Shown one piece after another: positions 25,484 to 36,269 of a DNA stretch of 64,000 bases (position 1 is the first letter of the stretch; the number at the start of each line of letters is the position of its first letter). This DNA is from Callorhinchus milii (Eukaryota). The notes beneath the pieces were generated by a model, which ran no database searches, had not been told where the DNA came from, and saw nothing but the letters and a program-made list of their open reading frames with translations. The position numbers and the translations under genes were made by a program. The stretch lies in assembly GCF_018977255.1 (NCBI RefSeq), contig NW_024704742.1, positions 27,468,001-27,532,000 of the forward strand, given 5' to 3'.

Positions 25484-26849
25484 TTATATCCCAAATCTCA
25501 GAATGTGCTCTTGGTCAGTGATTGTCTGTGGTCTGTGGAAGCTGCTCAGTTATCATGGATCATCTTTGCAGCTTACTTTGCAGCATTATGGTGTTTGCCA
25601 GGCGTGTTTCTACGTCCCTCAAGCAGGTATTGCTAGGTGTTTTCAGCTCAATAAAAAATTAACTATTTTTTTCACATTACCTCTTTTGCACCACAAACGC
25701 ATGGAATCTTTTATATTTAAGTCCATTGACACATCTCAGAGCTTTGCAAGACTCATGGTGTTTTGGTTGCAGAAGCCTTGTCCTGAGAGAGATCTAGTAT
25801 TGTGTGTGATCAAGGTGACTGAATGGTGCTAATTATATCTACTATCACAGGTTGCCACAAATTAGCTTTATTATGATGGTTGCTAATCACTATCGTGCTA
25901 GGGTTCAGCTTTTATTGCCCTGCTATTAGGTTATATGCTCGTTCTTTCAAAAAGCTAACGCAAGCTTTTCACTCTTTCTTTGTCGACAGTTCTTTTCAAA
26001 TCTTTTGCTGTATTACATTTATTATGTCCAGGTGATTGCCATTCAGTGCACAAAATACCTTTCTCTCTTCTACCCAGCCAGCTTATTATGAACCTATTTG
26101 CTTGTACAAGGTTGTGTGTTTCTCAGGATTGTTGCTTCCTGCAAAGTACTTATCTACTACATCTCTGTAACTTTGTATTGGACAAGATAGTTTTTGTGGT
26201 CTTAAATACCTTGGAGATCTTGTTCATATGAGGAGAGGACTCACCAAGATAAGCAGTTCACTGCATCATTTAACTCATAAAAAAGCCAATAATTTAATTA
26301 TAAAAATCTTTCTTTCCATTCCAGATCCTCTGTGTCCACATTTAGTTAGCTGACCAGGAATACACAAACTCATTCTTTTCCAAAATGTCCAAACTGGAAC
26401 TCTACTTCCTTATGGACTTCCTTATTCTTACAGTCTCCAGGCTTAAACCATACAAATCTGATATCACTTAATCATTACTTATACTTATCTTATCACTGTG
26501 CAGTGCTCCGAGATGCTATCTTGTGCACTATATAAATGCCAGCTGTTGTTGTTGCATCTTGGGTTCTCTGCTGCTTTTGTTTGATCTTTAGTCTTAATTT
26601 TTTTTACAAAGCTGGGGTGAATTGCCCAATGGTTCAATTACCAAATAAACTGAATAGAGCTATATATGCTCGATAGTTCGGTCGTTGGTTTGACTCCAGT
26701 TTTGGTCTGAGTCAAATGATCCAATTGGGAAAGTAGATAGGAAACATAGTGCACCATGGATAGAAGAAAACTTGTTTAGGGGAAAATTGAAACTAGATGT
26801 GCAGGTGTTTGCAGTGAACAAGGCAAATGGAATGCTGGTCTTTATTATT

Positions 26850-27120
26850 AAAGGTTTGCACCCGAGCTGGGGATTGGAATCAAGAGGTGAGAGCCAAGGT
26901 GGATGTGGGTTGGGAGGATAACTGAAGGTGTGGTCAAAGAGAAATGTGTTGAGACAGGCCTTGGAAGGAGGTGAGGTGGGGGGAGGAGGTTGAGGGGAAG
27001 GGATTCCAGAATGGAATTCCAGAGGCCAGAAAGGCTGAAACCTGACTGCCGATGGTGGGCGGGTAGTGAGGGGGACATGGAGCAGGCCAGTGCCTGCTGA
27101 GTGGGAAGGTTGGTAAGGTA
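26850..27120 (-). mobile_element. L2-type LINE 3' end, inserted among CR1 fragments (26720-26848 and 27150-27420)
   Basis: The minus frame gives SAGTGLLHVP...KACLNTFLFDH; the flanks carry CR1 ORF2 motifs (VNKANGML; LEKEVFLY region). Confidence 0.8.
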
Positions 27121-28042
27121 CCAATGAGAAATGACTCAATCAGCAATTGCTCTTCAGCCTTGAATTGAGTTGTATAGGAGGGGACCTTAAAGAGTTGTAT
27201 AAAATACCTAAGTGGGATTCAGAAACAAAATTCAGAATGATACTTTCAACTATACTGAGGCAGAAGAGCAAAAGGGCATACATTTAGGGTGGTGTAGGGC
27301 AAGTTTAGAAAAGGAAGTATTTCTTTATACAGAGGGTAATAGTCATCTGGAATGGGTTAGCAGGAAATTGAGTAGACTGACTAGGACATTGTATGTATTT
27401 AAGTTTGATGCTATAATGGTGGGTACCACCATGTGTTCTACAGTGCACTGACCAACAATTGAAATGTGGAAGAATGATGCTAATTGTGTTAGGAAGTATT
27501 TAATTGTATTCAATACAAGTGTTTATCTGCATTTAGATGTACAGAGGATCGGGGTACCCGCCATCATTTTCATGGCAGATAATGCTGTGTTGCCATGTTC
27601 AATGCGACATCTTCTATAACATGGATAGAGTGACGAGGAAGTTACTGGCATTAGACATTGTTACACTCAACTCATCTGCACCGAAAATAAAAATCCATTG
27701 TAAGAAAAAAAACAGGGCCTAACATGAACATCCTGTACATTGTTGCCCCGTTGGTCAATACTGTTCCCATAATGACCATTCCCATAATTATATGTCATTC
27801 AAGCATGCTTTTGTGGATGCCTTACAAGTCTTTTGATGTTTTCTGATAAGAACTGATAAGAGCAGAACTCGCGACCAGCTTGTATGTTATAGGAGCTGTT
27901 AAAACCATACTGATTTCACTTGTGATTATACCAAAAAGATGTCTGTGACATTCCTTCTGACTTTCCTCTTTGTGATCCTACTGCACGAGATGTAGAGAGA
28001 TTCTAGCTACATTGAAAGGCATCTTAGCTACATTATGTCCAA

Positions 28043-28415
28043 ATAATAATAATAATCCTTGCATTTGATGTAGAGCTTTATCATATCTTTAAGGTGTCTC
28101 AAAGCGCTTCGTAGAATATAGTATAAAGTGAATTGACTGTATATTTTGTGGGCAAAACATGGCAGCCAATTGCACAAAGCACTATCCCACAAATAGTCAT
28201 GGATTGAGTGACAAAATTATTTTTTTTAAGGGATTATTACCCCCGGAATAGTGATCCGCCAATTGACTAACTACCGGGTTCTAAGGTTTACTTCTAAGTA
28301 AACAGAGGCGTGTTGAGTAAGAAAACTTGCCTAATGTTTCACCCTGCCCGGGAATTGAACCCAGGTCCTCTTGCTTGCAAGGCAAGTGCTCTAACCACTC
28401 AGCTACAGGACACCA
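28043..28415 (-). mobile_element. SINE family A, full length
   Basis: Reverse-complement head gtcctgtagctgagtggttagagcacttgccttgcaagcaagaggacctgggttcaattccc, plus body and tail. Confidence 0.93.
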
Positions 28416-28796
28416 CAAAACGACCTACAACTGCAAGTGGTCCAGAATACATGTCTACCCATCATGGAGCTACTCACAGTGGTCTAGTCTGACCAGAAAC
28501 TTGAATGAACAGTCATAAATAAACACCAAATAGGACTTTCATGAGATAACATGGTTGTAGGTAAACAGATTGTTCAGCAGATCAAGCATCTTCCTCTCCT
28601 TTCATCTCACCAGAAGAAGGAGAAAATCTCCATATTTTATGCTACCAATTTCATTTGATAGGATTATCCTTGTTCTATACAATGGGATGGCAGTGCTTGC
28701 TGATGTTTACAGGCTAGAGGAAAGCACGCATTCTCTTTCAGAGAAAAAATAGCTTTGGTAACATTACTGCATGCTTCCCAGTTAGAGGAAATACCC

Positions 28797-29060
28797 TTTT
28801 TTTTGCTCAGGTCTGACATATATGGAAACTAATCATCATGCTTAGGTATCCAAACCAAACTGAAAGTTCCATGCATCCTACCTTATTTATTGAATGTGCA
28901 CTCTCTCCCTAGAGGGACACATCTTGCTTACCTAATTCCAGAAAATATTAGGCACAGTTTGGCAAGACCTAAGGCTTGGAGGAACCCCACAGTGTGCATT
29001 GGGGTACTGCTGGAATCTAACAAGCTAAAACTGCATAGCTTGCCATTGAATGTACTCATC
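28797..29060 (-). mobile_element. Unclassified structured retroposon (family X) copy
   Basis: Aligns to 35990-36265 (tgcactctctccct..gggacacatc.tgcttacctaattcc); A-rich 3' end. Confidence 0.75.
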
Positions 29061-29579
29061 CAGTACAGTGAAGCATTTTGAGACCTCATAATGTGAAGGG
29101 CACTGTATAAATGTAAATTGCATTGCAAATAGTTTCTTCAGCTTTATGGACGTGCTTTGCCTGAAATGAAGAAGCTGCAGTTTTCAGTCATGGAACACTT
29201 CTGGCTGTTCATGTAATTCCTGCACATTGTAAAGTTTTAAGCAAAATCAATTAAGGCCTTTAAAAGCAGGTGGTATTCAATTAAAATGTCCAAGGCGCAA
29301 TCTATTTTTATCCCCTGCTGTGCCTAATTTAGACAGTATTGGATTAGTCTGAAGTGGCAGTGAGCACAACATCTGATGTACTGAGTACCTTTGTTGGTTA
29401 CTGAAAGATTTTAGGAATTACTAGTGACATTCAGGTTTGCTCCCATTGCGGTCTCAATAATTCTCAGATGAGGAGAGATGGAGAGTGACAAGTGCAATTG
29501 GGCCACAAGAGTAGGGATCAACGTACAATGTATTTCCCACAACTGAGGACCAGTGGCAGTCGAGATTGAGGTTGTCCAG

Positions 29580-30425
29580 GTGTCAGTTTGCCTCAGTTGG
29601 TAGAGTTTTTGCCTTCAGAGTCAGAAGATTGTAATTTACGCAGCACGGTAGGATTTTGAATTCCCAGTCTAGGCTGACTCTCTAATGAAGTCCTGAACAG
29701 GTGCCATCCTTCAGAACCGAGTTTTATTTTCTACATTTTCTCCTATCTACGCTTTCAGGTGCACGTTAAAGATCCTATGACAATATTGGAAAAGAGAAGA
29801 GGATTTCTCCTGATGTCCTGGTCAACAAACCCCTAGAGAACATTGATTATTCACTTCATGGCTGTTTGTGGGACATTGTTATGTGCAGATTGGCTGCCAC
29901 GTTCATCTACATTCATGCCATGTGGAGTCTTGTAGGTTCGTGGTTAGAGCCCTCGCCTTGCAAGTGAGAGGACCTGGGTTTGATTCCCGGGCAGGGCAAA
30001 AGGTTGGGCAAGTCTCCTTACTCCACATGCCTCTGTTTACCTAGCAGTAAGTAGGATCCCAGTTGTTAATTGATCAGTGAATCGCTTTTCTGGAGGTAAT
30101 AATCCATTCAAAACAAAATAAATTTTACAAGATTAGAAGAATTTGATCACTCAATCCAAGACTATTTGTGGGACACTGCTGTTTGTAATTGGCTGCTGTG
30201 TTTCACCCACAGTTTACAGTCAATTCACTTTACAGTATATTCTGTGAAGCGGTTTGAGACATCTTGAAGACCTGATCAGGTGCTATATCAAATACAAGAA
30301 TTATTATAATTATTGTCTACAGTTTTGTATTCAGCTACTTCACTTCGATGTAAATCCTGTGAAGGAGTTAGAGATATTTCAAAAATGAAATAGTTGCTAA
30401 AGCAAATGAAAGGATTATTATTGTT
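29580..30425 (+). mobile_element. Deu-domain SINE split by a younger SINE A insertion
   Basis: Head and Deu core at 29580-29910; the remaining tail resumes at about 30316-30425. Confidence 0.8.
29920..30314 (+). mobile_element. SINE family A, full length, nested
   Basis: atgtggagtcttgtagg...cctcgccttgcaagtgag...ggtttgattccc head, body and tail. Confidence 0.92.
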
Positions 30426-30622
30426 ATGCTAAGAGATCTGCAGTCTGGTAGCAGAGGATTTCAGAGTTTTGTCCATGGTCCTGACCTATCATCCTGTAGC
30501 TATGAAGGATACCACAACAATAAATTGTATTTATATAGCGACTTTCAAGTCAGGAGGATGTCCCAAGTCGGTGGACAATAAGAGGTTTGCACCCAAGCTG
30601 TGGGTTCAGATCAGAGAGGAGT

Positions 30623-30960
30623 AATAATAATAATAATCCTTGCATTTGATTTTAGTGCCTTATCATGTCTTCGAGACATCTCAAAGCACTTCACAGAATA
30701 TACTGTAAAGTGAATTGGCTGTATATTATGTGGGTGAAACGTGGCAGCCAATTGCGCACAGCAGTGTTCCACAAACAATCATGAAGTGAGTGACCAATTT
30801 ACTAGNTTTTTTGAAGGAATTATTAATCCAGAAAAGCGATCTGCCAATCGAATACTAACTGGGTTCCTACTTACTGCTAGGTAAACAGAGACGTGTGGAG
30901 TAAGGAGACTTGTCCAAAGTTTCACCCTGCTGGTAATCGAACACAGGTCTCTCGCTTTCC
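30623..30960 (-). mobile_element. SINE family A, near full length
   Basis: Reverse complement of tail, body and B box; abuts an L2 tail at 30515-30620. Confidence 0.9.
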
Positions 30961-32919
30961 ACAATGTTGCATAATCTTAATATTTGAAACAAAATGATTT
31001 TGCTGGTTAAGAGTTTCAGCCCTCTTGATCATCATTTGATTATTATTGTATTGATTGTGTTGCGAGTAGTGAATCAATTATTTGGTTCTGATGTGTACTG
31101 TATTGCCTCATTTACAGCACATCATGTGATATTTTATATAGCCCAAGTGATGGCAAGAGACTTTGCCCTGGGAGATCCACAGGCAGCCAGTTTCTTTCTT
31201 AATGTTACTTCATGCATGTAAATTGTTCATCCACTCTGTTAAAGATCCTACTGACAGACACCTTCAAATTGCCTCAAAGAGTTTCCCCTTCAATCCTGTA
31301 TTTTCAGTCAAGGAAAAAGTAAAATAGAAGCCTATCTCTCTCTCTCTCTCCTTGCAAAATGCACGGTCTCTACACTTTGCAGTAAATCTTTTGAAGCACT
31401 TGGAGATGTCCTACTGTTGTAAGTGGCAGTATATCAAATGCAGGGATCATTATTATCAATGATAATTTATTACTTTCTAGTTATTTTATCTTCTACATTT
31501 TCTCCCATCTATTTGCATTCCTGTCCACCCACCATCACCATTTCATTGTGTGCTGGTTATCGTGCTATGTTCCAACATACTGCATGTGAATTGCCATTAA
31601 TTGTCACGGACTAGTTGGACTAAATGATCTGTTTCATTGCCATTCCGTGTAAGACCCACTCACAACTATGTCACATCACTAATTCAGCTGCAAAAGCATT
31701 TCATTTATTTTCAATAGCAAAGTATTTTTTTGATACAAAAAATATATGTATAACGTGCACACACCTTGCAGTGTCATACAACTCGGTGAATTAACGTGGT
31801 ATATAATTAAATCTTCTTGTTTAAGTGTTTTATTGCATGATTTCAAATTCAATGTCCTCAATAAAACAAAGGCACCTGTTTTTTCTATAGTGAGGCACCT
31901 ACACAAAGGCATGTGTCTTTCTACAGGCTATAGTGGATTCGATGAGGAAATCTAATTATTATGCAATAATGGGGTGTTGGGACAAGATATATAAAGTGAT
32001 ACATTTCTGGGCACTTTATGTTAAGTGAAGTACACTTAGAGATAGAATAGATAAGATTGTATCTGTCTATCTGCAGTTTCCTGCTTGTCTCAATAAAGAT
32101 TATGCTTGATAGTGATTGGTTGTTCTATGGACTTTTAAAATGTGGAAGTAAAGACATTTCCACTCCATTCTTATGTTGTCCAAGATCATGCCTGTCATGA
32201 TAGAATTGGGGTCACAGAGCCAGGTTAATGTGAAGCCTCCAGTTATGCTGATGCTACTCATCACAGGGGGAATGGAGAACCTAAGCTGAAGTTAACTATA
32301 GAGCGTTAATAGTTTCAACCACTTCATTTGTTGGTGCTCAGATGATTATGCTGGCAAGATTTTTAATTTTCAGTCTAAATCTTGCTATCCTTGATTCTCT
32401 TATAACCCTGCCAGATATCGAGACACCTTGCTGAAGGCAAGGGTAACTTGGCTTTGATTTTGATTGCGATCTCAATGACTTGAGCAATGGAATTTCCAGT
32501 TGTTAATGCAGAGCTCTGAAGTCGTACAGTGTCTCTCCTGAAGTGCCACTTTTGGCTGAGCTGAATTTTTCCGACTTCCTGGTCTGTCAATGCAATGAGG
32601 CTTAGCAGTGTGATAGAGTGCTCCGATGTGCTTTATAATGGGCTGAGTATCAGTTTTGTGCCCCAAATTAGTTAAAGTCAAATGTCTACTGCTTCCTGTG
32701 GCGGGGTTTTGTGTATATCTCATCATATTATCACTGGAATTGTTGCTAAGACAGCTGGATTTTTTCAAGAAGGATTTAGAGCTGAAATGTGTGTGATTTA
32801 TTGCGACTAGTTAGGGATTTGGTTCTCGACCTAACTCAGTTTTAACTTGATGGAATATGTTTAATTTTTATCTGTGTAAAATTGGGGTAGATATGATTCA
32901 ATAATCCAGAGTACTGGTT

Positions 32920-33050
32920 ACATTTCAGCAGTGTCTCAATGTACACTCTTGGGTCCTCAAACCTTGGCTCTTCCCAACCTGACCCTAAACTTTCTTGGAT
33001 TAGTTGAGCAGAGTTCAGCCCCAGGTGGAGAGAGTGCACACTTCATACTA
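32920..33050 (+). mobile_element. Family X internal fragment
   Basis: gtacactctt...gagagtgcaca aligns to 36041-36140. Confidence 0.55.
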
Positions 33051-34519
33051 GACACGAGGAAATGTTCACGTGTAAGTGGAATTCAGTCAATCAGTTTGTA
33101 TTTTAACTAAATGTGTATTAAGAGCATCTAACTTGATTTATTGTCAGTGTTCATGTACTTCACAATATGAATCCAGCCATTTACATTCTGATAATTGTTT
33201 GAAAATAATTTAATTAAATATCGTATTCCAACACTTTCATTATGAGCAAGGAGAGGTAGAAAAGCCAAATAGAAATAGCCAGACAGAGGCTTTGGGGTGT
33301 ACATAAAGACGACTACAGGTATCTGCATTTTATTTTAATGATTGGGAAAAAGATTGATGATGATTGTAGGGTTTTACACCTTCTCTCGAATCACGGCCCC
33401 CATTCCCGTACTCTGTCATCTCTTTCCTCTGTGCCTACACAGACTATTTGTGAAGCTGCTGGTACTAACTCCCCCACTCCCATTCCCCCAAATATTTGCC
33501 ATACATAATTTAGCAATCAATTGACCCCATTATTCAAGCCAATTTGAGAAAATTTCATTTGACAGAAGTGTTCAAGGGGTGAAACAAGATCAAAAGTTTA
33601 GAGCACCTAACTTAATAGACTTTATTTGGTGCCTCAACTGTAGATTGTAACTAATCTTATTAGGCCCCCAATAGTTTTTATTCATTTCTGCGTATCTTAA
33701 AAGACAAATGTTAGTATATTCTGTGATTTGTTGCATTGTCGTAAGTAATAAAATTATTTCCCTCCCTTCCAAAATCTATACCTCTTATTTATAGCCTAGA
33801 TGTGTTACATTTATTTTTATTTACCTCCATATTTTATGATTGCCTGGTCTAGTAAATCCTTAGTTTTAATCTTTCAGTGTAATAAATCCTGGCCTTAATT
33901 TAATCGAATCTTAATTTCAGTGTTCAGATTTACTAAATCCAGATTTAAGCATTCAGGTTTATTATATATTGATTTTGAGTGCCCAGATTTTGCAAATCCT
34001 GTCTCTATAGCGGGATTCCAATTAAAGTAGATAATGACTTTGCTGTGTATCCATGTGGACAGTTAATTAAAGAACAGAGGGGATCGTCTCACAGAGTGAG
34101 GGAGAGAGAAATTCAAAGGTCTGTGATTTTTTTCCCTCCAGTGCTGTAAATTTTGCAATAGCAGCTTGTTGTTCTTGCTAGGATAACCCAGGGAGTGAAA
34201 CATTTTTGGGTGAGAAATTATTTGCCTCTCAGTGTACCATTGACTTCCAATAAAAGTAAACCGGCTCATTCAAGTATTTCAGATGAGTAGGAAAAGTCAT
34301 TCATCATAATCAATTTAAATGTACAAGAGTGGTGATGTTTGTTAATAAGCAGGTGAATAGAAATAAGACGGATTAAACCTGAATCTTTAAGTTGGAAGAT
34401 ATTGAATTCAGGAATTTTTCCACACATAGATAATTTAATGTCCAACAGTCAGGAATTAATTTTTGACTGCGTTTTCAGCACCCCCTCTCCCCCGTTTTGG
34501 TTGTTTCAAACATTTAAAT

Positions 34520-34770
34520 AGTAATAATCATTAATACATTTGATATAGCACCTTTCATGTCAGAAGGGCATCTCAATGTGCTTCACAGGACTCACTGTAA
34601 AGCGTAGTGACTGTATTTTGTAGGCAAACATAGCAGCCAATTTAATGACAGTAATGTCCCACAAATAGCATGCAGCCCTGAAGTAAATGGCCAATTTTAT
34701 CTGGGGGGATTGTTGGCAAGGACACAGGGAGAAACTCTGTCTCTTTTTGAGTGGAGCCACAGGATATTTA
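34520..34770 (-). mobile_element. Deu-domain SINE, 3' half
   Basis: Reverse complement of the shared tail and the Deu 3' core. Confidence 0.8.
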
Positions 34771-34854
34771 TCAAGGCGCTATATAAATGTAAATTGTTGA
34801 ACCTCTTTCTTTAGGATTGACATGCTTTCTTGAGTTGCACAGCATGATTGCACA

Positions 34855-35110
34855 AAGTTAGGCAAATCTCCAGCCCCAGTTAGTTTCCACCCAAGGGTAT
34901 TAAAAGCAGTAAGTGAAGAAATTGTCGATGCATTAGTTATAATCTTCCAAAGCTCTCTGGATTCATGAATTATACCAGAAGGGAGATAGGGACAAATCAA
35001 CTAGCTACAGGCCTATGAGTATAACATCAATTGTGAACAAATCACTGGAATCCATCATCAAGGATAAAATATCTGATCATCCGGATAAATGTGCACAAAT
35101 CAGTCAATGT
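34855..35110 (+). mobile_element. CR1-type LINE RT N-terminal fragment
   Basis: Translates as HPRVLKAVSEEIVDALVIIFQSSLDS ... YRPMSITSIVNKSLESIIKDKISDH. Confidence 0.85.
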
Positions 35111-35829
35111 AGTTTTATGATTAATAGATCATATTTTGAAAACCTAATACAGCTCAATATCCACACTAATTGGGACAGGTAGATATGAAAACAACAAAAC
35201 TTATATTTGTTATAGCACCTTGCACACAGGTAGCATCCCAGACTAATTGGAAAACAGAGAAGATATTGAGTCATTGCACAAAATATAATGTGCAATATTA
35301 ATTAAATCTTCCATATTTTCAGAGTAATACATACAGTATCAAGCTTAGCTGCTCTCGCTTTCTTTCTTTTCCCGCACATTGGGAGTCATTTTCTCTTCTC
35401 TGCAAAATGATTCTTTCTGTCTCTCCCTGACTCTCTATATCTCTGTCTCGCTCAAATCATTCTCTGTCTTTCTCTTTCTTTAACCCTTTTATTCTATGGA
35501 ATTCCTTTTTACTGTTTCATAAACTCAAAACTCGGCATGTCCATCATCCTAGTCCCCATCAGACTCCACTGGCTTCCTGCGGCTCAACAGATCAATTCTA
35601 AGGTCTTCATCCTTAATGAAGAGAAATTGTGAATCCATAGGAGTGAAATGAATTGGAATTCCTCCTTTGGGGGAAGGTAAACTTTGTCTCCTTGGAGCTG
35701 AACTGGATCCACGATCACATGCCTGGTAATGGAATGTCAAAATCGACCCATCCTTCTGTGGCGGTCTCAGCAGTCCAATTCCTGAGCCAGGATGGTCCAC
35801 AGTATTCCATGGCACTGCTGATGACAACC

Positions 35830-36269
35830 CAGCCAGTCTGACTCATCGGCAGGACTTGGAAGGGGAGACCAGTCACTGGGGGCAGAGAATCTTCCCACTC
35901 AGCTTCTATTAACCCCGCAAGCGGAAGCCCTAATAGGAAATGTGATCTTACCTGAACAAGCAGTGGAAAAGCTTGCCAAACAGTACTTTCAATGGCAAGC
36001 TATACAGTTTCAGCTAGTTAGACTCCTGCAGTACCCCAACGTACACTCTGTCGCCCCCAATTCTTGACTCTGGTAACCTGCATCTAATGCTTTCCGCAAT
36101 TAGGTGAGCAGGATGTGTCCCAACAGGAAGAGAGTGCACATTCCATTCCAACAAATAGCTTGTGTATTTCCATGTGTAGGTAGGAGACATGGAATTCTCA
36201 GTTTTGTTTGGATACTCTAAAGCATGGTGATAGGTTTCTGCATATCTCAGACATCCGGCTGACCAAAAA
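35830..36269 (+). mobile_element. Family X, longest copy (may extend 5' to about 35650)
   Basis: Homologous to 28797, 32920, 43246, 56085 and 60348; ends ggctgaccaaaaa; a partial second copy lies at 36295-36405. Confidence 0.75.
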
